A stretch of 32,000 nt of DNA from an uncultured Nitrosopumilaceae archaeon (GTDB taxonomy: Archaea > Thermoproteota > Nitrososphaeria > Nitrososphaerales > Nitrosopumilaceae). The position numbers and the translations under genes are program-made. The stretch covers positions 1 to 32,000 of the forward strand of contig CAZMNT010000002.1 in NCBI GenBank assembly GCA_964567715.1. Reading direction: 5' to 3'. The notes below the pieces were generated by a model that was given only the letters and a program-made list of their open reading frames with translations, was not told the DNA's origin and ran no database searches. Positions 16,247 through 25,432 of this stretch are shown here, one piece after another (the stretch's first letter is position 1; each line of letters opens with the position of its first letter).

Positions 16247-16697
16247 ATCTCAACCTAATATTTTTTTATTTTAGATTCGAGCTAATTATAGGTAAAATCT
16301 ACGGTATATCCAATAATATAAAAATTTTGTTCATAAATCCGTCCGACCACTAATAAACGAAAAAACATCTTTGAGATAGGCGGTCCTTCCTTGTTTGTGA
16401 AAAACAGGAACTCTGGCATACCCACCGTTGCCTGAACGATCCCTACCCACACAGGCAAGGACGCCTAAAGGTATAGAAACGCCCAAAAATTATGGCATTG
16501 TATATTATGTCATGAGCTTCGTGCTTCACAGCAAAAGGCGAGGCCTGTACAGAAAGGCGTTCGTATTGTATACCAACGAGTACATAATATCCGAAGATGA
16601 AGACTGACATCTCAGTATCACAACACCATCCTGAAATGTATACATCTAGTTTAGAACTTTGTTACAGAATGTAATCAAGAAACATAAGTGACCGTCG

Positions 16698-16946
16698 TTG
16701 ATACAAATTATGAAAAAGCACGAGGTCAACAAACTTTTGCTTGAGAAATTTACTTTGGAACAGCTACACGAACTCTGTCGAGAATACAAAAGAGAGATGA
16801 ATCCAATTGATTATAGAGACAGGGTTGTTCTTGGGGAAACAGACTATAACATAATAAAAAAGCGGTTCATTCCATACATCGTTGGCTTTTTTGACCAGTC
16901 AGAGATCATGCAGTATGCCAAAAAGTGTCAGATAAAAATGGACTAA
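16698..16946 (+). CDS. hypothetical protein
   Basis: 82-aa ORF (ATG at 16710 is also possible) with protein-like composition. No family recognised. Confidence 0.4.
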   Translation: MIQIMKKHEVNKLLLEKFTLEQLHELCREYKREMNPIDYRDRVVLGETDYNIIKKRFIPYIVGFFDQSEIMQYAKKCQIKMD

Positions 16947-16950
16947 GAAG

Positions 16951-17679
16951 TCACGGCACAGTGGTGTTGTCTTTGGTGTAATTGGTCTCATTTACCATCC
17001 CAATCTTGTCTGAATAAAGAAGGCTTGCAGTAGACATTCTTGCCTGGGCTAGTGCTAGTTGTTGCCTGATATCATCTGCATGATTTGGTTTTGTCTTGCA
17101 GTCCCATTGTACATTTCCAAATACAAGGTTTGTAAATTCTGTTGGACTATAGTTTTTCTCATACGAATACGGTATTACCCCAAAAAGTTTCTCCTTGACA
17201 AGAAGTGTTGCGTTAAAGTCTGTGTTGGTTTGGTTGTTCAGAGCCATGTCAACAAAGGACTTCATGGATGTAAAATCGGCAAAATCCATCCTTCCTTCTA
17301 GTGTCTCCTGTGACATGGTAGGAACGGTCTTGCCTTCAATCGCAATGGAGCCATACCTTGCCGAAGAGCCACCGAGGTTGATTTCAAGCCCCTGTATCTC
17401 TATTGGTACGACAGATGGATTGCATACTAGGAAGGAGATGTCCATTCCAGAAGCGTCAACTCTCCCTATTGCAAGCCCTGCAAACTCGAGCCTTTTTTCC
17501 GAATGATACAGCATGACAAACGTTGCTGCTGCTACCACCAATATCATTGAAATAATTAATGCTGTGGACCTTTTCACGACTGGATAGATCGCATCCTCTA
17601 CAACATAAATTCCTTGATGGAAAACACCAGCCACGTCCAAGATTCCAGAATGGCTACAGATAACCCTCCCATCTTCCAA
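16951..17679 (-). CDS. membrane-anchored LEA_2/WHy-like domain protein
   Basis: One N-terminal TM helix (ALIISMILVVAAATFVMLY), then a beta-rich segment LEFAGLAIGRVDASGMDISFLVCNPSVVPIEIQGLEINLGG resembling LEA type 2 domains. TTG start. Confidence 0.5.
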   Translation of the reverse strand: MEDGRVICSHSGILDVAGVFHQGIYVVEDAIYPVVKRSTALIISMILVVAAATFVMLYHSEKRLEFAGLAIGRVDASGMDISFLVCNPSVVPIEIQGLEINLGGSSARYGSIAIEGKTVPTMSQETLEGRMDFADFTSMKSFVDMALNNQTNTDFNATLLVKEKLFGVIPYSYEKNYSPTEFTNLVFGNVQWDCKTKPNHADDIRQQLALAQARMSTASLLYSDKIGMVNETNYTKDNTTVP

Positions 17680-17753
17680 CGGGTTTATTAGCCAAATTCA
17701 GTACCCGTACATATTGAAGCGAAGGGAAAAGTTGTGTATCACTTTCCAGAGAG

Positions 17754-18281
17754 GTGCTGGAAAGGCTACGAGACAAGGCAAAAAAGCAGAACGTCTCAGT
17801 TAACAGTTTGATAAACAAGACGCTTGAAAATTATACCATATGGAATCTTCACAATACAGAATTCATCCCGATAAGGAAGGCGTTGCTTGTCAAATTCCTA
17901 GACAGGTTTACACATGCAGAGATACGTTCCATCGCCGAAAACATGGCACAGACAAAGAGCAGGGATACCGTCCTACGACTTGCAAACAAGTACGATTTAT
18001 TTGCAATGCTCAAGACGTTTGAAGAGTGGTTGCGCATGACAGGACTTCCATACTCGTATAAGGTGGAAGGAACACAACACAGGTTCATAGTTTTGCATGA
18101 CCTTGGAAACAAGTGGTCGCTTTACCTGACAAATCTTGTTTCATCTACCCTCAACCAGTTTGGTCTCATTCCAGTGTGTGAGCATACTGATAAGATACTA
18201 TCAATAATAATAGATCTTGGAGAGCTTAAAGAGATTAAAAACGAACTGACGAGCAGATCGAATTCTTGGATGCTGCAATAA
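17754..18281 (+). CDS. putative ribbon-helix-helix-type regulator with uncharacterised C-terminal domain
   Basis: The N-terminus LERLRDKAKKQNVSVNSLINKTLENY looks like RHH helices. The expected beta-strand (VSLSRE) is encoded in-frame upstream of the GTG start, so the true start is uncertain. Confidence 0.5.
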   Translation: MLERLRDKAKKQNVSVNSLINKTLENYTIWNLHNTEFIPIRKALLVKFLDRFTHAEIRSIAENMAQTKSRDTVLRLANKYDLFAMLKTFEEWLRMTGLPYSYKVEGTQHRFIVLHDLGNKWSLYLTNLVSSTLNQFGLIPVCEHTDKILSIIIDLGELKEIKNELTSRSNSWMLQ

Positions 18282-18301
18282 AAGAGATTCAAACCAAATA
18301 A

Positions 18302-18649
18302 TTACGGAGCAACTGGACGCGGAAAACAGCTTGACAGTTTTCCAACAAGTCTTTGCGCTGTGTTATTGTCTATCTTGCCGTCACTAATTGTTGCCAATGG
18401 CAAGAAAGTTGAGGCGTAATCGAGGATAGAGATTATTGTTTTCGCATCTTCCTCTTCCAAATGGAATCCCGTCTGCACCGGCACAGATTCAGTCTTTCTA
18501 AGCAAGAACTGTTTGAGACTGCCATACGAATATTCTATTCCATGCTCTTCATACGAATGCTGCATGAATTTGCTGACTACCTCTTTTTCCTCGCCCTCTA
18601 CTTCATATTTGCATTCAAAACCATAATCGGCGCATGCAAATTTTGCCAT
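18302..18649 (-). CDS. DUF1059 domain-containing protein
   Basis: From the internal Met: MAKFACADYGFECKYEVEGEEKEVVSKFMQHSYEEHGIEY, the DUF1059 signature, plus a roughly 60-aa C-terminal extension. Confidence 0.65.
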   Translation of the reverse strand: MAKFACADYGFECKYEVEGEEKEVVSKFMQHSYEEHGIEYSYGSLKQFLLRKTESVPVQTGFHLEEEDAKTIISILDYASTFLPLATISDGKIDNNTAQRLVGKLSSCFPRPVAP

Positions 18650-19071
18650 CGTATTTCGTTGTACCCTTGAGTTCATAAGAAGTAGCTTGATCGAAAACCG
18701 CAAAACTTGATGAACGGCACCAAAAACCATGCAAGACTTGAATTGCAGCCTTGGTCCGTTTTCTGCAGGTGAGATACCGCATGATATTTACCAATCAACC
18801 TTTGGAGGAAATGGTACCATGAGGTACGGATACGGCATCACGATATGTGGTGTGTGTATGCTTGTTATTTGCCCATTACATCCCCCCATGGATAATTGAC
18901 AGCATACCTGCAGCCAACCCCTCACGCTCTTCGATGATGGCAGATGCACAGTATCACATACTTGACTGGGGCAACCAGCAGAATATTGTCAGTAGTGGAG
19001 TATAATTGTTCTTAGGATAGACATGTTTGTGACGATATTAGATAAGATGAGAAAGCCAAAGTTACAATAGA

Positions 19072-20199
19072 TCATTGCAGTTTGATTATTCCCGCGCTGA
19101 TAAGATACTGGATGCCACGAATGAATTCATAGTCTGATATCTTGCCTTCTGCCCAGTATCCAGCATTTGTTGTCACCCATGATGGTATCGAGCTTGATGC
19201 AATCGTAATTGGAGTGCTAGGTACTTTCAGGATTCCTTTCTGTATGAGATACCCCATTGCGCCTGCCAACTCGCCGTTGCTGACCTGTCCTTGAGACCAC
19301 CACCTTGCAATGTTTTTTATCCATGCAGGAAGTTGCGATGGAATTGGTGTTGCGGTTGGCGTGAGGGGCGTAGTTGGTTGTGTCGTATTGTAGACTGTGG
19401 TGGGAATGATGTTTCTAGTGAGATTGTATGTGATTGGCTGCAGAGGTTTTGTTGGCATTCCTGCAGTACCGTAAATCGACTGGACTTCTTTGACGTCAAG
19501 AGGCGTAATATCAAAGTGTGTCACCCCATAGGTAAATACAGTTGTCACCATGATTGACGGCATGTCCTGAGAGCCCTGCACTATCCGCGTAAGCTCTTGG
19601 TCTGTCACGATATAATGTCCAAGACCAAGTGCGTGTCCAAGCTCGTGTCTGATTGTCATGTCAAGCTGCGGCTGGCTTGCAAGGTATCCAGTAAAGTAGG
19701 GTATTGGTTCGTATGTATAGTACAGTGTGCCATTTTGCCAAAATGTCTTGTATTGTTCTTTCAGTCCGATTCCAAGATAGTATATAGTAACTGATATCTT
19801 TGGAAAGTTCTTGTATACTGTAACCCCTGCCTCGTTGAATTTTTCATCAGAGTTTTCAGGTGACGGCTTGAAGTATACAGAGATATCGCAGTTTGTTGCA
19901 TCATACGAGTTTGTTTGCAAATAGGGAATGTCAACCAGATTCAGGTTCCATGGGCCATTTGCATTTCCGCCGTTTAGCTTTGTCTGCCAATCAAGAACCG
20001 CGTTCTTCGTCTCAATAAACATCTTTTGTCCAAGACCTAGAAATTGCGAGTCGGACTGCTCAAAGACGCATATTGTAGGCTTGTACGACCACTTGAACAG
20101 AGGAGGCTGGAATCCGTCTGCAAACGACTGCGATATGAAACTTGCAGAAAGAAGGATTATAATGATACAGAATACAACAAGTTTAGGCAAGAGATTCAT
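19072..20199 (-). CDS. secreted metzincin (matrixin-like) zinc metalloprotease with tandem C-terminal repeats
   Basis: N-terminal signal/TM segment. HELGHALGLGH (HExxHxxGxxH) is encoded at 19615-19647. A Thr/Pro-rich linker is followed by two roughly 36-aa repeats (PAWIKNIARWWSQGQVSNGELAGAMGYLIQKGILKV / PSWVTTNAGYWAEGKISDYEFIRGIQYLISAGIIKL). Confidence 0.85.
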   Translation of the reverse strand: MNLLPKLVVFCIIIILLSASFISQSFADGFQPPLFKWSYKPTICVFEQSDSQFLGLGQKMFIETKNAVLDWQTKLNGGNANGPWNLNLVDIPYLQTNSYDATNCDISVYFKPSPENSDEKFNEAGVTVYKNFPKISVTIYYLGIGLKEQYKTFWQNGTLYYTYEPIPYFTGYLASQPQLDMTIRHELGHALGLGHYIVTDQELTRIVQGSQDMPSIMVTTVFTYGVTHFDITPLDVKEVQSIYGTAGMPTKPLQPITYNLTRNIIPTTVYNTTQPTTPLTPTATPIPSQLPAWIKNIARWWSQGQVSNGELAGAMGYLIQKGILKVPSTPITIASSSIPSWVTTNAGYWAEGKISDYEFIRGIQYLISAGIIKLQ

Positions 20200-20242
20200 A
20201 GTTTTTCCTCTACGACAGAAACTATGGTTTTCTCTATTATCA

Positions 20243-20470
20243 TTACTTTCGATTTGGTTTTCTTTTAGAGTCGTTTATTGGCAATTTCTTTTTGTCAAAG
20301 TATCTAATTGCAAAACCTGCAAAAAATAAAATCCATCCAAAGATGGTTACGGTTCCCAAGGTACCCTTGTATAGTTGAAAGGCTGGAGAATTTGACATGG
20401 TTGATGAGATTATCCAGTTTGCTATCTGCATGGCAAGCCCTATTATCATTATAACTGTACCACGTTGCAT
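20243..20470 (-). CDS. hypothetical small membrane protein
   Basis: 75 aa with two hydrophobic helices and a basic C-terminus. Confidence 0.45.
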   Translation of the reverse strand: MQRGTVIMIIGLAMQIANWIISSTMSNSPAFQLYKGTLGTVTIFGWILFFAGFAIRYFDKKKLPINDSKRKPNRK

Positions 20471-20598
20471 ACAGTCATAGAATTTGTATTGATCTTAAAG
20501 GTTTGCATTCTGTATACAGTGTACTGATACAATTTATTGAATGACCGATTTGAAAAGCAACCCGGAAGATCAAAATAAAAAGATAGATTCTACAAGAG

Positions 20599-20916
20599 TT
20601 ATCCCTTCGTAGATCTCCATATTATTCCTACAAATGAACCGACGGTAGATGCACTAATCAGTGCAGCCATTTCATTTATGATAGGGTTTGTGTCGGCATT
20701 TGTCTGGGAAGCGCTTATGTATGCTGGAACCAGTACAAAGAGGGTGATAAGACAAGAGACCAGAAGGATTACAACGCCTATTGCAAACTGGGGTTCCTTT
20801 AATCCTCGTGGTTCAGGCTTAATACTCTCAAGTTCTACATATTCTGAATCGTGTCTCACAAGAATGCCCGATTTGATGGATACTTGACCATTTGTAGTGG
20901 TGTAATCTATTATCAT
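20599..20916 (-). CDS. hypothetical membrane protein
   Basis: 105 aa with a soluble N-terminal segment followed by two TM helices. Confidence 0.45.
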   Translation of the reverse strand: MIIDYTTTNGQVSIKSGILVRHDSEYVELESIKPEPRGLKEPQFAIGVVILLVSCLITLFVLVPAYISASQTNADTNPIINEMAALISASTVGSFVGIIWRSTKG

Positions 20917-21145
20917 GATATTTTGAACAGAGATATGGTTAAGACATACTTTTGATTTCGGAATTTCTTGTTAAAAATTTATTATTTTATTTTTAGAAAA
21001 TATGTTTTGTATCCAAGAAAACAAAAGATAGAATTTTTACAATGATGGTTTGTTTTCATTTTTTGTGTTGTTTTGGTTTTTTGAATTTAATTTTTTTACA
21101 AGAAATGTATTGCGATGTTACAAAATCAGGTTTTTTGCAAAAAAA

Positions 21146-21406
21146 TTAGTAAGACTTTACGAGTGTTGTTGTAGATACCAAGTGAGATGTCCTGCGAATC
21201 TTTTGTTCTATTATTTCTCGCAGTGATTCTACTGTTGTAGTCTCTACACTGCACAGTATGTCGTAATGGCCAGTCGTTCTAACGACCTCTTTGATCCCTC
21301 CAATTGAACTCAGATGCTCGATCACGTCACTTTCGTAGCCGGCCTCACAGTTGACCATTACATATGCCGTTTGGAGAGGCAGCATCATCTCTTGCGATGT
21401 ACGCAT
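21146..21406 (-). CDS. stand-alone Lrp/AsnC ligand-binding (RAM) domain protein
   Basis: AYVMVNCEAGYESDVIEHLSSIGGIKEVVRTTGHYDILCSVETTTVESLREII matches the AsnC-type C-terminal domain pattern. No HTH is present. Confidence 0.72.
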   Translation of the reverse strand: MRTSQEMMLPLQTAYVMVNCEAGYESDVIEHLSSIGGIKEVVRTTGHYDILCSVETTTVESLREIIEQKIRRTSHLVSTTTLVKSY

Positions 21407-21507
21407 AAAACTAATTATAGCTGAATTACTTGATTACTATAATTCAGGGTTTTAGCTGATTTATCATAATATTAGCTGATAAGCAAGAGAGATATCGGGC
21501 GTTAATT

Positions 21508-23700
21508 CTACTCTTTATCGATAAACTCGTCTGCTGTAGGAGGCTCTGGTGAGAGACCCTTCCTCTTTCTGATATCAGATATTATGGTACCCAAGATAGA
21601 ATTTGGAACCGGAGTCCATGCCTTGAAATGAGTGTTCCACATTGCCTTTCCTGCTGTCTGTCCGCGCATTACCTCTGAGAGGTCAAATGTCTCAGATGCC
21701 GGTATCTCACCTGTTACGATATTTACAACACCTTTCTGTTCCATGTTTAGCACCTTTCCACGCTTGCCAGATATCACACCTGCAACGTTTCCAATCAGTT
21801 CCTGAGGAATCCTTACCTCAATTCCAAGTGTTGGCTCTAGCAGTACAGGGTTTGCAAGAAGCATTGCGCCCATGCATGCACGCCTTGATGCAGGGCCAAG
21901 TTGTGAGAGACCTCTGTGTGCTGGGTCCTCGTGCGGGACAAAGTGGTGGAATGTAAACTTGCATCCTCTCACCTGCTCTCGTGTGAGAGGACCCTCCTTC
22001 ATGGTATCATCAAATCCTGATAGTATGGAATCGGTCGACTCTTGTACAAACTGGACACCCTTTGTCCCATCAACTATAACGTTTCCTCTTGGGTCAAACT
22101 TCATGACGCGCTTTGCCTCATCGCTGTCCCACCCAGCTTCTTTGAGTATCTTCTGAACCTCCTTTTTGTCCTTGTACTCGTTTAGTGTTCCGTTTCTTAT
22201 CATCTCAGCAACTTTGTCGTCCAGCGGTTCTACCTTCATGAATATCTTGTTGTGCCTGTTAGGAGATTTCGACATGATTGGCCCTGCTGTACTACGGATT
22301 GTCTCCCTGTAGTTGATCAATGGCTGCGATGTTACAATCTCTATCTTGGAGTCTGCAATAAGTGCGGTTGCAATCTCAAGGTGCAGCACACCCATTCCTG
22401 CAATTACAGTCTCCCCACTCTCCTCGTTTATCTTTACCACTAGGTTGGGGTCCTCTATTGTGAGTCTGTTCAAGACCTCGACTAATTTTGGCAGGTCCTT
22501 GGGATGCTTTGGCTCTACTGCAATCTGCACGACAGGCTCTGACACATACTGGATTCCCTCAAATGTGTGCACTCCAGCTACTGTGGAGAGCGTCTGTCCC
22601 GCCCTTGCATGTTCAAGCCCCAATAGTGCCGGTATGTTTCCTGCTGCAAGCTCGCCTACCATCTCCCTCTGGTTTCCCATGAAAAAGTTGACAGATTGGA
22701 TCCTTCCTTCGCGCTTGCTGTCTATAATGTGAACCTTGTCACCGTCTTTTATTTTCCCAGAAAATAATCTGCCGATTGCAACAGGTCCTGCAGCCGGGTC
22801 GACTGTCATGTTTACTATCATCATGATAGCAGGTCCATTGTCGTCGCAGTTGAGCAGCGCCTTTCCAATGTCTGATTCTAAGTCGCCTTTCCAGATCTTT
22901 GGAATTCTGTATTTTTGTGCAACATCAGGAGGTGGGTGGTGCTTTACTACCATTCCTAGCACGGCATCGTATAGAGGAGCTTTTTCTGCAAGTGCCTTGA
23001 CGTCTCCGCCTTCAGAATATGCAGTGTAAATGTCCTTAAACGATATTCCCTTTCTCTTCATCACGTCGGCGTTAAATCCCCACTTGTCCTTTGCAGAACC
23101 AAACGATACGCTTCCGTCCTGGATGCTTACCTTCCACTTGTCCTTGTACTCGGGCTCGGCGTAAATATCGATAAGCCTGTTAAAGTTGGTTATAATCTCA
23201 AGCAGCCATTCCTGCATCTTGTCAGGAGTCAGCCTCAGCTCCTTAATCAGTCGGTCAATCTTGTTGATGTAAAGAACCGGTCGTACCCTCTCCTCCAGTG
23301 CCTGCCTTGTTACAGTTTCTGTCTGGGTCATGATTCCTTCTACAGAATCGGATACCACAACTGCACCGTCTATTGCCCTTAGACTTCGAGTTACACGACC
23401 TGTAAAGTCAATGTGTCCTGGAGTATCAATCATGTTGATCACATATTCCTCGCCGTCCCTTTCGTACAGCAAGGTAACATTTGCCTGTACAATAGTCATC
23501 TGCCTGTCCTGCTCTAGTTTCATGGAGTCAAGTGCAAGGGCCTGGCCTGCCACTGATGGGCTGATAATACCGCTTGATGCAAGAAGGCTGTCGCTCATTG
23601 TGGTCTTGCCGTGATCTACGTGAGCTATCACACCAAAGTTTCTGATGTGTTTCTTGTATCCGATAATTTTGAGAATCTGTTCTGTTGCCTTGAATTTCAT
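21508..23700 (-). CDS. fusA: translation elongation factor 2 (aEF-2)
   Basis: 730 aa. GTPase motifs AHVDHGKTT, DTPGHIDF and NKID, plus domain IV with the diphthamide-region HRG. All plus-strand ORFs listed across 21642-23614 are antisense shadows. Confidence 0.97.
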   Translation of the reverse strand: MKFKATEQILKIIGYKKHIRNFGVIAHVDHGKTTMSDSLLASSGIISPSVAGQALALDSMKLEQDRQMTIVQANVTLLYERDGEEYVINMIDTPGHIDFTGRVTRSLRAIDGAVVVSDSVEGIMTQTETVTRQALEERVRPVLYINKIDRLIKELRLTPDKMQEWLLEIITNFNRLIDIYAEPEYKDKWKVSIQDGSVSFGSAKDKWGFNADVMKRKGISFKDIYTAYSEGGDVKALAEKAPLYDAVLGMVVKHHPPPDVAQKYRIPKIWKGDLESDIGKALLNCDDNGPAIMMIVNMTVDPAAGPVAIGRLFSGKIKDGDKVHIIDSKREGRIQSVNFFMGNQREMVGELAAGNIPALLGLEHARAGQTLSTVAGVHTFEGIQYVSEPVVQIAVEPKHPKDLPKLVEVLNRLTIEDPNLVVKINEESGETVIAGMGVLHLEIATALIADSKIEIVTSQPLINYRETIRSTAGPIMSKSPNRHNKIFMKVEPLDDKVAEMIRNGTLNEYKDKKEVQKILKEAGWDSDEAKRVMKFDPRGNVIVDGTKGVQFVQESTDSILSGFDDTMKEGPLTREQVRGCKFTFHHFVPHEDPAHRGLSQLGPASRRACMGAMLLANPVLLEPTLGIEVRIPQELIGNVAGVISGKRGKVLNMEQKGVVNIVTGEIPASETFDLSEVMRGQTAGKAMWNTHFKAWTPVPNSILGTIISDIRKRKGLSPEPPTADEFIDKE

Positions 23701-23737
23701 GTTTTAGCTAAATCCTTTTCTAGCCTCTATTAAGCGT

Positions 23738-24109
23738 TTAGAGATTTGCATGATAATTTAGTAGATCATGGAAGAACTGGCATTGCAATTGATTTTCTTT
23801 AATAAAGAAACAGTCTTCCTCTTTTTCTTCTTTGCCTTGTATAACGCAATCAATTCTGAAACAAATATGTAAAACAGGATCTGCTCCTGCAGAAATTTCC
23901 TTGTTTTTTATCAGATCCAGAGGGTCGTGTGCTCGAACCCTGAACTTGGAAAAGACCTTGGCAAGCTGTGACGATGCAAACGAGTCCCCGGTGCCACAAA
24001 ATATTGTTTTCCTCTGTTTGCTTGCAGAGAGAGTTTTTTGTGGAACAAACTTTTGTACAAAGTCGAGCTGCATCATAATTTCTTTTTCTAGTGCAGCTAT
24101 GGTGTGCAT
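23738..24109 (-). pseudogene. SIS-domain sugar isomerase/aminotransferase-like remnant
   Basis: The N-terminal roughly 75 aa look SIS-like (RKTIFCGTGDSFASSQLAKVF...DPLDL). After that the frame loses similarity, while an alternative frame reads ILFYIFVSELIALYKAKKKKRKTVSLLKKINCNASSSMIY (like the SIS D.vi.iS...AK.kG..v..iT.n..S pattern). Far shorter than typical SIS proteins. Confidence 0.4.
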
Positions 24110-24142
24110 TATTTTGATATTTAGGTACGTTGAATTTATGGC

Positions 24143-24489
24143 TCACGCCACCAATAACTTTGACACATCGACTTTCAGGACTAATGGTTCCTTTCTACCA
24201 CATTCCTGTACCATCGCTTCATTTGTATCACCTTTAGGAATGCAGAACCTTTGCATCACCTTGTAAGATATATTCATGGTAGCTACAACATCTCTGTCCA
24301 TTGATTTCTTATAACTACACCATAATTTTCGTCGATATTCTTTGTCCTCTTGGGTTCTCTCCCCGAATATTGGGCAAAGTATGATTCTCTTTTTTTTGCT
24401 ACTAGTATTATGAATTTGGAAATAATATGTAATCTTTGTTTGATACGTCTAGATTGTCTGCTACCAATCTTTGAGTAAATCTTTTGCAT
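24143..24489 (-). other. two overlapping reading frames joined at an A8 run (frameshifted gene or -1 slippage site)
   Basis: Frame 1, from ATG 24489, reads MQKIYSKIGSRQSRRIKQRLHIISKFIILVAKK up to the A8 run (plus-strand T8 at 24390-24397). The -1 frame is open from that run for about 82 codons (RIILCPIFGERTQEDKEYRRKL...VLKVDVSKLLVA) to the stop at 24143-24145. Confidence 0.3.
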
Positions 24490-24549
24490 GATTCTTCTCC
24501 AGAGATCAATTTAAAGTCGATATTTATAATCGACCTAAAAATCCTATTT

Positions 24550-25371
24550 ATGCAAATAACAGTAGGTCACACGCCTGACTCTGACGACGCTTTCATGTTT
24601 TATGCAATGCTTACAGGAAAGGTCAAATCTCCACACTTTGAGGTCAAGCATGTTGTAGAAGACATAGAGACCTTGAACAAGCGCGCACTGAACCACGAAC
24701 TTGACGTCACCGCAGTCTCTGTACATGCTTGTGCTTACATCAAAGATTATACGATTTTAAGAAGTGGAGGAAGCTTTGGCAAAGGATACGGCCCAATAGT
24801 TATTGCAAAACAAGAGATGTCAGCAGACCAGCTGCGCCGCTCCAAAATAGCAGTTCCAGGCAAGATGACGTCTGCATTTCTACTGCTGCAATTGATGATC
24901 GGCAAGTTTGATTATGTCGAGATGAAGTTTAGCGATATTCCAGATGCAGTATCAAGGGGAGAGGTAGAGGCAGGGCTTATCATACATGAGACCCAGATAA
25001 CATATGTGCAAAACAACCTAGCCAAAATCCTTGATGCGGGCGACTGGTGGCGCAACAGCACAGGAGGACTGCCCGTTCCTCTTGGGATAAACGTGATGAG
25101 TGACAAGTTCGGTTCTGATACAATAAAAAAATTTGACGGGTTTTTCCGGGAATCAATTGTTCATGGGATGGCACACGTTGGAGATGCACTTGACTATGCA
25201 ATGCAGTACAGCAGGGGGCAGACAAGAGACCTCATCGAAAAGTTTGTGCGCATGTACGTAAATGACGTGACAATCGAGATGGGCTTGCTAGGCGAGCAGG
25301 CAATCAGGACGCTATTCAAGTTTGGAATAGAGAAGGGATTTGTCCCCTATTTGGAGCCAAAGTTTGCCTAA
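24550..25371 (+). CDS. MqnA/MqnD family menaquinone (futalosine pathway) biosynthesis protein, MqnD-like
   Basis: MQITVGHTPDSDDAFMFYAML.GKV...EDIETLNKRAL...DVTAVSVHA...GYGPIV matches the PF02621-type pattern (periplasmic-binding-protein fold). Internal ATG 24550 is preferred over the track start 24484. Confidence 0.82.
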   Translation: MQITVGHTPDSDDAFMFYAMLTGKVKSPHFEVKHVVEDIETLNKRALNHELDVTAVSVHACAYIKDYTILRSGGSFGKGYGPIVIAKQEMSADQLRRSKIAVPGKMTSAFLLLQLMIGKFDYVEMKFSDIPDAVSRGEVEAGLIIHETQITYVQNNLAKILDAGDWWRNSTGGLPVPLGINVMSDKFGSDTIKKFDGFFRESIVHGMAHVGDALDYAMQYSRGQTRDLIEKFVRMYVNDVTIEMGLLGEQAIRTLFKFGIEKGFVPYLEPKFA

Positions 25372-25432
25372 ATCCAAGAAAATCAAGACGGACAATTAAC
25401 GGTTAATTAGGAGAGAGGACCAAATCGCAACA

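Noticed and set aside
16511-16606. 31-codon ORF MSFVLHSKRRGLYRKAFVLYTNEYIISEDED in the gene-free gap
   Set aside because: It is too short, has no recognisable motif, and I have no evidence of conservation. It is mentioned only as context for the ncRNA candidate.
21642-23614. Seven plus-strand ORFs of 63-139 aa inside the aEF-2 locus
   Set aside because: All are antisense to a strongly supported 730-aa EF-2 gene and have low-complexity Ser/Cys/Pro-rich composition, so they are shadow ORFs.
23832-24266. 144-aa plus-strand ORF (and 23850..24146 minus)
   Set aside because: Both are Cys/Ser/Phe-rich with no motifs, and they overlap the SIS-like remnant whose N-terminus carries a recognisable motif.
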